Assembly (NCBI RefSeq): GCF_000314995.1
Contig: NZ_BAEO01000027.1
Span: 177,733 to 217,732, forward strand
Direction of reading: 5' to 3'
From: Paraglaciecola arctica BSs20135
GTDB taxonomy: Bacteria > Pseudomonadota > Gammaproteobacteria > Enterobacterales > Alteromonadaceae
DNA length: 40,000 nucleotides
The translations under genes and the position numbers were made by a program. Positions 17,343 through 25,137 of the stretch are shown here, one piece after another (the stretch's first letter is position 1; every line of letters begins with the position of its first letter). The notes under the pieces were generated by a model. It ran no database searches. It was not told the DNA's origin and saw only the letters and a list, made by a program, of their open reading frames with translations.

Positions 17343-19019
17343 ATGAACAGTAAAAACGATGAGTTTGAAGAAGATGGTACTGTAGGTGAGTTAATAGCAA
17401 AATTTTTAGTTGCCTGTGAACTCGATGCTGCCTTTGGTGTTATTAGTATTCATAATATGCCAATTTTAGATGCCTTCGCTAAATACGGAAAAATCAATTT
17501 TGTGCCTAGTAGAGGCGAAGCAGGCGGTGTCAATATGGCTGATGCCTATGCAAGAGTACGTGGCAACTTAGGTGTTGCTGTTACAAGTACAGGTACAGCT
17601 GCTGGTAATGCTGCGGGAGCATTAGTTGAAGCGTTTACCGCAGGCACACCTTTATTGCATATCACTGGCCAGATAGAGTCAGAACATATTGATCGTGACC
17701 GGGCCTATATTCACGAAGCTCCTTTTCAACTTGAAATGTTACAATCGGTATCAAAATTTGCTTATCGTATTTGGTCACCTGAAAGCGCTTTAGGGATATT
17801 GCGAGAAGCCGTACAATGTGCGTTAACACCTCCTCGTGGCCCAGTTAGCATAGAAATCCCAATTGACGTACAAAAAGCTCAAGTTAAGTTCCCAGTAAAT
17901 TTCTCTCCTTTACCTATTGTAGAAACCCCATTGCCGACTGATCAAGTTGATCAATTAATAGCACAATTTAAAACTGCAAAAAGGCCGATGTTATGGCTTG
18001 GTGGCGGTTCTCGACATGCCGCTAAAGCAGCTGAACGTTTAGCGAATATGGGCGTGGGTATTGTGACCAGTACTAATGGCCGCGCTGTTGTAAGTGAAGA
18101 CCACCCCATGTCAATCGGCGCTTTCAATGCCACTCCCTTTTCCGAAAAATTATACCAAAGTGTCGACCTTATGGTAGTGGTGGGCTCTCGCTTGAGAAGT
18201 AATGAAACATGGAATTATGATCTTGCTTTACCCAAAAATTTAATCGTGGCTGATCTCGATTCCAAAGCCGATGGGAAAACTTATAAGAATAATGGTTTCA
18301 TTTATGCTGACAGTAATAAATTATTAACCTATTTGGCTGATAATCTAGAAGGTCAGCTCAATCTTGACCCGGATCTGCCTGTCAGTATTAGAGAAACTCG
18401 CGAACAATCGGAAGCAGCGTTACGAAAAGGGTTAGGTCCTTACAACGATTTAGTTAACCAATTGCAAGATTTATATACTAATGATATGCCTTGGGTGCGT
18501 GATGTAACATTGTCGAACAGTATGTGGGGAAATCGTCTACTTAAAATTGCAGAACCATTAAATGGCGTACATGCATTGGGGGGTGGTATTGGCCAAGGAT
18601 TACCTATGGGTATAGGTGCTGCCGTTGCCGCCGGAGGCAAAAAAGTTATTACCCTAACAGGCGATGGTGGACTGAATCTTTGTATAGGAGAAATCGCTAC
18701 AGCTGCTCAAGAAAAAGTAAACATGACATTGTTAATTATGAATGATTCCGGATATGGCGTAATTCGTAATATTCAAGATGCTGATTATGGTAGCCGCCAA
18801 CACTACTCTTCAATTCAAATTCCGGATTACCGCTTAATTAGTGAATCTGTGGGCATACCGTTTTTTAGAGTCAGTAAGATTTCCGATTTTTCAGACATTA
18901 TGAAACAAGCCTTATCCATAGACGGACCGGCAGTTGTTGAAGTTGACATGGTTACAATTGGCCCATTTAACACTAGTTTTGCGGGGCCACCTAAGCGTAT
19001 TAAGGAAGATGAAGCATGA
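17343..19019 (+). CDS. Thiamine-diphosphate-dependent enzyme (acetolactate synthase/benzoylformate decarboxylase superfamily)
   Basis: The 558-aa ORF has an N-terminal Pyr domain (GVISIHNMPILDA, GEAGGVNMADAYAR) and the C-terminal ThDP motif GDGGLNL...x...MNDSGYG. There is a strong SD (AGGAGA) upstream. Confidence 0.88.
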   Translation: MNSKNDEFEEDGTVGELIAKFLVACELDAAFGVISIHNMPILDAFAKYGKINFVPSRGEAGGVNMADAYARVRGNLGVAVTSTGTAAGNAAGALVEAFTAGTPLLHITGQIESEHIDRDRAYIHEAPFQLEMLQSVSKFAYRIWSPESALGILREAVQCALTPPRGPVSIEIPIDVQKAQVKFPVNFSPLPIVETPLPTDQVDQLIAQFKTAKRPMLWLGGGSRHAAKAAERLANMGVGIVTSTNGRAVVSEDHPMSIGAFNATPFSEKLYQSVDLMVVVGSRLRSNETWNYDLALPKNLIVADLDSKADGKTYKNNGFIYADSNKLLTYLADNLEGQLNLDPDLPVSIRETREQSEAALRKGLGPYNDLVNQLQDLYTNDMPWVRDVTLSNSMWGNRLLKIAEPLNGVHALGGGIGQGLPMGIGAAVAAGGKKVITLTGDGGLNLCIGEIATAAQEKVNMTLLIMNDSGYGVIRNIQDADYGSRQHYSSIQIPDYRLISESVGIPFFRVSKISDFSDIMKQALSIDGPAVVEVDMVTIGPFNTSFAGPPKRIKEDEA

Positions 19020-19807
19020 TTAAAATTGGTCTAATTGGTTTTGGTGCTATCGGTCAGTGCGTGATAGCAACGCTACCAAAAGCGCTGACTGAAGAATATC
19101 AAGTTGTCGGAATCTTAACGCGAAAAAATATCGATAACTTGGTCAATGACATTTCTTCTTATACCAATATAGACCAGTTACTAGCGCAGCATCCTGACAT
19201 TATTGTGGAATGTGCCGGCCATGATGCAGTTAAAGAATATGGTTGCAAAATTTTAGCCGCCAATATCTCTTTAGTTATTTCATCAATAGGCGCACTAGCT
19301 GATAGTCATTTATATGAGCAACTTAAGCATGCTTCAACGAATAGTCAGGCTAAAATATATCTGCCCGCTGGTGCAATTGGAGGTATTGATGCCCTTGTTG
19401 CCGCAAAACTTGGTGGCCTTAATGAGGTGACTTATACCATGCGGAAACCTCCTAAGGCATGGTTAGGTACGGTAGCTGAGGCTTTGGTTGATTTAAATGG
19501 TTTACAACAGGCTGAAGTGATTTTTTCGGGCTCAGCGGGTGAAGCGGCAACACTTTATCCTAAAAATACTAATGTAACAGCGACTATAGCGTTAGCAGGG
19601 TTAGGCTTTGAAGAAACGAAAGTACAATTAATTGCTGATCCTGAAATCGAAGACAATATACATGAAATATGGGTATCTGGAGAAACGGGTAGCTTTACTA
19701 TTGTATTAGCAGGAAAACCATCTAGCTATAATCCCAAAACGTCAGCATTAACGGCTTTTAGTGTCACTAATTGTGTCGCTAATTTTGGTTCTTCGATTAT
19801 TATTTGA
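19016..19807 (+). CDS. Aspartate-dehydrogenase-like (NadX/DUF108 family) oxidoreductase
   Basis: The 263-aa ORF has an N-terminal Rossmann motif (IGLIGFGAIGQ), an ECAGH motif and a GAIGGIDAL block typical of the AspDH family. Its start overlaps the upstream stop (ATGA), so the two are translationally coupled. Confidence 0.7.
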   Translation: MIKIGLIGFGAIGQCVIATLPKALTEEYQVVGILTRKNIDNLVNDISSYTNIDQLLAQHPDIIVECAGHDAVKEYGCKILAANISLVISSIGALADSHLYEQLKHASTNSQAKIYLPAGAIGGIDALVAAKLGGLNEVTYTMRKPPKAWLGTVAEALVDLNGLQQAEVIFSGSAGEAATLYPKNTNVTATIALAGLGFEETKVQLIADPEIEDNIHEIWVSGETGSFTIVLAGKPSSYNPKTSALTAFSVTNCVANFGSSIII

Positions 19808-19824
19808 ACTTATAGGAGTTTACA

Positions 19825-21303
19825 ATGTTTGACAATAAAATACTTGTAGGTGGAGAATGGAAGCGCGGTACAGGAGAACTAATTAAATCAATTAATCCCG
19901 CCAACGGTGAGCTGATAACTGAATTTAATGGTGCCAGTTTAGAAGATGTTGATATTGCTGTTGCTGCAGGTAAACGTGCTATGTACGAACCTACATGGTA
20001 TGACTTAAAACCACATAAACGCGCTGCTATTCTAAATAACATAGCCACGTTAATCCGTCGTGATGCGGACAAATTAGCTAAACTACAAATGTTGGATACA
20101 GGTAAATGTTTATCTGAAACTAAAGCTCTCGTTCAAAGTGCTGCCGACACATTTCAATATACAGCCGCAGCACTTGAAATCCAAGAAGGAGAATTGCCTC
20201 CTTCGCGCGGCGACTTTTTCACTATGAGCGTTTACGAACCAATGGGCGTTATTGCAGCAATAACTCCGTGGAACTCTCCAATAGCGAGTGATGCTCAAAA
20301 GATCGCGCCTGCCTTAGCCGCTGGGAATGCCGTGGTGATAAAACCAGCAGAATGGACGTCATTGGTTTCGTTGGCGTTAGCCAGAATTTGCTTAGAAGCG
20401 GGATTGCCAAAAGGGTTATTATCGGTTTTACCCGGCCCAGGCTCGGTTATTGGTGACAAGCTAGTCCGTCATCCTGATGTTAAAAAAGTATCCTTTACTG
20501 GTGGTACAGCAACAGGTAGACATATTGCAGGTATTGCTGCAGCTAAATTAATGCCCGTATCCTTAGAACTTGGCGGGAAATCACCTACAATCGTTTTTGA
20601 AGATGCCGACATAGAACACGCTATTAATGGCATATTGTACGGTATTTTTAGTTCTACAGGACAATCTTGTATTGCTGGTTCACGCTTATTCGTTGCCGCT
20701 AAAATTTATGAGAGCTTCATAAATAAACTGGTTGCCCGCTGTCAAGCATTGAATGTGGGATTGCCTGATGACAGCACAACACAAGTTGCGCCTTTAGTTT
20801 CATTTCAACATCGTGACGTTGTGGCAAACTATGTAGAAATCGCAAAAAAAGAAGGTGCTAAAATTTTATGTGGTGGTGAGCTTTTGCAAGGCCAACCTTA
20901 TGATAGTGGCGCATTTTATCCCCCCACAATTTTATCGGGTTTAGATAATAGCGCTCAAACCTGTCAAGAAGAAATATTTGGTCCTGTACTTGTAGTATTG
21001 CCTTTTGATAATGAGCAAAATCTTATTCAACAAGCCAATGATTCAGTATTTGGTTTAGCTTGTGGTTTATGGACTAAAGACTATAAAAAGGCACTCGCTT
21101 TTTCTCAAAAAATTGCCTCCGGCACCGTTTGGATCAATACCTATAAACAATTTAGTATTGCTACTCCTTTTGGTGGCGTCAAAGAAAGTGGATTAGGACG
21201 AGAAAAAGGTCGTAATAGTATTCAAGGATATATGCAACAGAAAAGCCTTTATTGGGGGTTAAATGAAGAACCACTAATTTGGGCTAATAGTAGAACTAAA
21301 TAA
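19825..21303 (+). CDS. NAD(P)+-dependent aldehyde dehydrogenase
   Basis: The 492-aa ORF has the catalytic Glu block LELGGKSP, the catalytic Cys block GQSCIAGSR, FTGGTATG, and EEIFGPV...PFGGVKESGLGRE. Confidence 0.92.
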   Translation: MFDNKILVGGEWKRGTGELIKSINPANGELITEFNGASLEDVDIAVAAGKRAMYEPTWYDLKPHKRAAILNNIATLIRRDADKLAKLQMLDTGKCLSETKALVQSAADTFQYTAAALEIQEGELPPSRGDFFTMSVYEPMGVIAAITPWNSPIASDAQKIAPALAAGNAVVIKPAEWTSLVSLALARICLEAGLPKGLLSVLPGPGSVIGDKLVRHPDVKKVSFTGGTATGRHIAGIAAAKLMPVSLELGGKSPTIVFEDADIEHAINGILYGIFSSTGQSCIAGSRLFVAAKIYESFINKLVARCQALNVGLPDDSTTQVAPLVSFQHRDVVANYVEIAKKEGAKILCGGELLQGQPYDSGAFYPPTILSGLDNSAQTCQEEIFGPVLVVLPFDNEQNLIQQANDSVFGLACGLWTKDYKKALAFSQKIASGTVWINTYKQFSIATPFGGVKESGLGREKGRNSIQGYMQQKSLYWGLNEEPLIWANSRTK

Positions 21304-21531
21304 CAATGAGCAGAATGTTTTTTATGGGCGTGGTTCGATATTTTATTTGGTTAGTTCTAAACTCTCATAATTGGATATCGAACATTTCACTATCCCCCTT
21401 TATTGCTTAAGCTCTGAGCAGATAATATATTTGGAATACTATTGTTATCTGATCTTTGCTGTTAGAATATTTGGTTTTATATATAAAACAAACTTATTGC
21501 GCTGTGCTTAAATTAGGGGATTAATTACGAC

Positions 21532-22335
21532 ATGGAAAATGTATTACAGATTACTGAATCAGAGCAAGCGAATCGCTATATGGTACCTGGATTGGTCCGT
21601 GGATTGAAAATATTGCAGGCTTTTAGTAGTGAAAAACCTTTCATGGGCGTGTCAGATATAGCCAAAGAATTAAATGTGTCACGCTCAACGGCATTTCGTC
21701 TCTCCTTAACGCTAGAAAGTATGGGTTTTTTGAAACGTGTCGAACACTCAAAAAAGTATTGTTTAGGTTTAAAAGTCTTAGATCTTGGTTTTAAACTATT
21801 AGCTGGTATGGATATCGTTGACATTGCCAGGCCTCATATGGAGGAGCTAAGCGAAAGTACAAAAGTGTGTTCGCATCTTGCTGTGCGAGATGGAATTAGT
21901 GTGATCTATATTGCTAGAATACTAGGTAAGCATCACATTGTAAGTTCGGTTGGTGTGGGTACTCGTTTTCCAGCTTATGCTACGTCGTCTGGCCGAATAT
22001 TGCTCTCAAATCTATCTGTTGCTGAACTTGCCACTTTATACGAAGGTATTGAGTTAAAAAGAATCACGGAAAATACACCTATAACCATAGGTGATCTTAT
22101 TAATCAAATAGAACAAGATAAATCAAATGGCTACACATTGAGTTGGGAGTCGTACGAAGAAAATCTAGCGAGTCTTGCTGTGCCGATAAGAGATAATACC
22201 AAAAAAATCATTGCATCTCTTAATATTAGTTGCTCAACGACAACCTATAGTAAAGATGAATTATTGAAGCGAGTACTGCCGCAATTATTGCAAAAAGCGA
22301 CAAGTATCTCGACAGCTTTGGGTTATAGGAATTAA
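21532..22335 (+). CDS. IclR-family transcriptional regulator
   Basis: The 267-aa ORF has an N-terminal wHTH (VSDIAKELNVSRSTAFRLSLTLESMGFL) and a C-terminal IclR effector domain (GTRFPAYATSSGRILLS; NLASLAVPI). Confidence 0.9.
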   Translation: MENVLQITESEQANRYMVPGLVRGLKILQAFSSEKPFMGVSDIAKELNVSRSTAFRLSLTLESMGFLKRVEHSKKYCLGLKVLDLGFKLLAGMDIVDIARPHMEELSESTKVCSHLAVRDGISVIYIARILGKHHIVSSVGVGTRFPAYATSSGRILLSNLSVAELATLYEGIELKRITENTPITIGDLINQIEQDKSNGYTLSWESYEENLASLAVPIRDNTKKIIASLNISCSTTTYSKDELLKRVLPQLLQKATSISTALGYRN

Positions 22336-22409
22336 ACAACTTTAAGAAATACTCTCCTCAGCATTCACTTATGTTGCGATGAGACTTGGAATAAGAAGGT
22401 GAACTAAGT

Positions 22410-24566
22410 TCAGTTTTTGTTTTTTTGCCCCTCGAGTAAATCACAAAATTCGTCGTAGGGTACAGGACGGCTAAATAAATAACCTTGTGCAATATTGCAG
22501 TTATTTAGTTTAAGAAAATCTCTTTGTAATACCGTTTCAACGCCTTCGGCAATAACTTCTAATTTTAGGCTGTGGGCCATGGCAATGACTGCAAGTATGA
22601 TGGCGCCGTCACTGTCTTGGCTATTTTCGTTGATTTCGTTGATGAATGATCTATCTATTTTTAGCCGGTCGATGGGGAGTTTTTGTAAGTAAGAAAGTGA
22701 GCTGTAGCCTGTTCCAAAGTCGTCAATTGAGACGCTCATGCCTAATTTACGAACTTCATCTAGTAAATAATAGACTTTGTCGTAGTTGTCTATTAACACT
22801 CCTTCAGTGAGTTCTAATTCCAAATGATGTGGATTAACTTGCGCCTTGGTTACACTTTCTTTAATAAACTCGAACAATTGGCGATCGTTGACTTGGCGAG
22901 GCGACAAATTGATAGACAGTTTAATTTCTTCGCCTTTTTCAGCTAATCGTTTCAAGATGGCACAGGCCTCCGTAACCACCCATTTACCAATAGGAATGAT
23001 CAATCCTGTTTGTTCAGCCAATGGGATAAACTCGTCAGGTGGGACTAAATAGCCGTTTGGATGATGCCATCTAATTAAGGCTTCTGCTTTAATAATTTTG
23101 CCGCTCGCTAAGTCCAGCATAGGTTGCAAAAATAACTCAAATTCTTGGTTTTCGACGGCACTACGGAGAGAATTTTCCATATCAATACGTTTACGAGATG
23201 CGTCGATTAGCTCTTTGGAATAAAATTCAATACTACTCACTGCTTTTTTCTTTGCAGAATAGACCGCTAGGTCGGCATATTTCATTAATTCTTCTGCGCT
23301 ATTAGTGTCTGCTGGAAACGCCGTTGCACCAACATTTAATCCAACTTCACACTTCAACCCAGAACTTAAATAAAATGGTAAACAACTAACCCTAATCAAC
23401 TCCTCAGCAAATTTTATACACTGATTTTGGTCTTGTGACGAAATATGAGTATGTAAGTGATTGAGTTGCATGATCACCGCAAACTCAGTACCACCTATCC
23501 TAGCTATCATATCATCCACATGGGTGATGGCATTAAGCCGTTTCGACAAGTCTTTTATGACTTCGTCTCCTACAACGTGGCCATGTAATTCATTGATGCG
23601 TTTGAATTGTTTAATATCGATATACAATAGATAAAACGGACGGTTTTGCTGGATTTTGCTTTCAAGCTGTTGCCAAAAATACTGCCTATTGGGTAAATTT
23701 GTTAGTGCATCAAAATGAGTTAGTTTTTCGTTACGTTTAAGTAGGTATTTTACCTGAGTCACATCGCTAACACTAAATAACCAATTCTGAACTCTTTGCT
23801 CATCGTTTTTAATTGGATGAATAGATAATTTAAGCCACTTGCCCTGTTGTGGAGGATTTAACCAGTAAATTTCGCCGGTCCACGAACTTGCGGTAGAGAA
23901 AATACGCTCGCATTCGGGATATTGGGTTCTGAACAGTTCTAGTAACAATTTGTCTGGAGGTAGACCGATTTTTATATTTGTATCATCAAATAGCGTTCGC
24001 AACGCTGGATTGCTATTTAATAAGTGTAAATCAGCATCAAGTATTGCTACTGCTAAATCTGTTTGTGTTAATGCTTGAGCAATGGGTTGCTGCGCAGTTA
24101 GTGTTCGATTGGGCTGGCTAAGTAACTCTTCTAAGCGTGAGTGCAGATAGTCGTGTTGAGCAGATATTTTGTCGCTCGATAATAACAACTCACGTGCAAT
24201 TTGTAGGGTTTGTTGTTTTTGTCTATATTTTGCTTCTAGTTTACTGACGATTAAATAATTTTGCTTGTTAGCGACAACAGCCGAGGCTTCCAAGCGGACC
24301 AACTGAGTCGATAATTGTTCTGACCACAAACCAGATTCAATACGGCCATTTTTATTTGCTTGCCAAAGGTTTTCGGCGTCAATTAAAAAGTCTTCTAAAT
24401 AGGCTGAGTTTTGTGCAAAACAAAATACTTTGGTATCCACTATTTCTGGCAGTAATTCATCCAGCCAATTTCCTGCTCTATATAACACTTCAAATTTTGC
24501 GGAAGATAGCCGCCTAAATACAACACAATCTAATAAACCTAAAGCTGTAAGTAGTGAAGCGTCCAT
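22410..24566 (-). CDS. Multidomain c-di-GMP protein: N-terminal unknown domain, coiled coil, PAS-like, degenerate GGDEF (GGTEF), intact EAL; predicted phosphodiesterase
   Basis: The GGDEF-domain blocks are present (DALTNLPNR, YIDIKQFKRINELHGH), but the signature reads GGTEF (nt 23481-23495) and the RxxD I-site is absent. The EAL domain has EALIRW (23076-23084), DDFGTGYSSL, KIDRSF, EGVE and QGY. Confidence 0.9.
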   Translation of the reverse strand: MDASLLTALGLLDCVVFRRLSSAKFEVLYRAGNWLDELLPEIVDTKVFCFAQNSAYLEDFLIDAENLWQANKNGRIESGLWSEQLSTQLVRLEASAVVANKQNYLIVSKLEAKYRQKQQTLQIARELLLSSDKISAQHDYLHSRLEELLSQPNRTLTAQQPIAQALTQTDLAVAILDADLHLLNSNPALRTLFDDTNIKIGLPPDKLLLELFRTQYPECERIFSTASSWTGEIYWLNPPQQGKWLKLSIHPIKNDEQRVQNWLFSVSDVTQVKYLLKRNEKLTHFDALTNLPNRQYFWQQLESKIQQNRPFYLLYIDIKQFKRINELHGHVVGDEVIKDLSKRLNAITHVDDMIARIGGTEFAVIMQLNHLHTHISSQDQNQCIKFAEELIRVSCLPFYLSSGLKCEVGLNVGATAFPADTNSAEELMKYADLAVYSAKKKAVSSIEFYSKELIDASRKRIDMENSLRSAVENQEFELFLQPMLDLASGKIIKAEALIRWHHPNGYLVPPDEFIPLAEQTGLIIPIGKWVVTEACAILKRLAEKGEEIKLSINLSPRQVNDRQLFEFIKESVTKAQVNPHHLELELTEGVLIDNYDKVYYLLDEVRKLGMSVSIDDFGTGYSSLSYLQKLPIDRLKIDRSFINEINENSQDSDGAIILAVIAMAHSLKLEVIAEGVETVLQRDFLKLNNCNIAQGYLFSRPVPYDEFCDLLEGQKNKN

Positions 24567-24574
24567 GCGATCCT

Positions 24575-25066
24575 CTATTCAGTTAATATGTTAGCAAGAT
24601 GGGAAAACATGGCTTCAACACCATCGCCAGTTTTAGCGCTAGTATTAAAAAAACCATTAAAATTTTGTTTTATCTCGTTTACTTCCGCTACACTCCAGTG
24701 CCAACTTGCGGCTAAATCTGACTTGTTAACAGCCAATACCCCAGGAATGTCAGCCACTTCTTTAACCATTTTGAATATATCTAATCCTTCCACTAATGAT
24801 TGTGAACGTGTGTGGTCGGTTACAATAATAAAAGCCGATGCACCGCGTAAATATTTAGCTTGGAAACCACAGTAGCGATCAATGCCTTCAATGTCCCATA
24901 TCATTAATTGCACTGGGTGTTTGGCTGTTTCAATTTGTTTCTTGTCAATCTTTACGCCGATAGAAGTCAGATACTTTTCCGAGAAAATACCTTCTACGTA
25001 TTGTTTGACCAAGCTAGTTTTACCTACACCTGATGCACCTAACATGCATATTTTCTTCTGGATCAT
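24575..25066 (-). CDS. Ras-superfamily small GTPase (Rab/Roc/MglA-like, prokaryotic)
   Basis: The 163-aa ORF has G1 GASGVGKTS, switch-I YLTSIGV, G3 WDIEG, G4 NKSD and G5 TSAKTG. The SD of the downstream gene overlaps its stop codon. Confidence 0.88.
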   Translation of the reverse strand: MIQKKICMLGASGVGKTSLVKQYVEGIFSEKYLTSIGVKIDKKQIETAKHPVQLMIWDIEGIDRYCGFQAKYLRGASAFIIVTDHTRSQSLVEGLDIFKMVKEVADIPGVLAVNKSDLAASWHWSVAEVNEIKQNFNGFFNTSAKTGDGVEAMFSHLANILTE

Positions 25067-25137
25067 GGTTGTCCTAATTGTTTCATGCTAATTTACTCAT
25101 TCATTTCGCCAACAGAATACGTCTTAAGGCCTGGGTT

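Noticed and set aside
22400-22427. TGAAC-TAA-GTTCA followed by a T-rich run, as a terminator for the IclR gene.
   Set aside because: The stem is only 5 bp and AT-rich, and the element overlaps the stop codon region of the convergent EAL gene. That is not strong enough to list as a feature.
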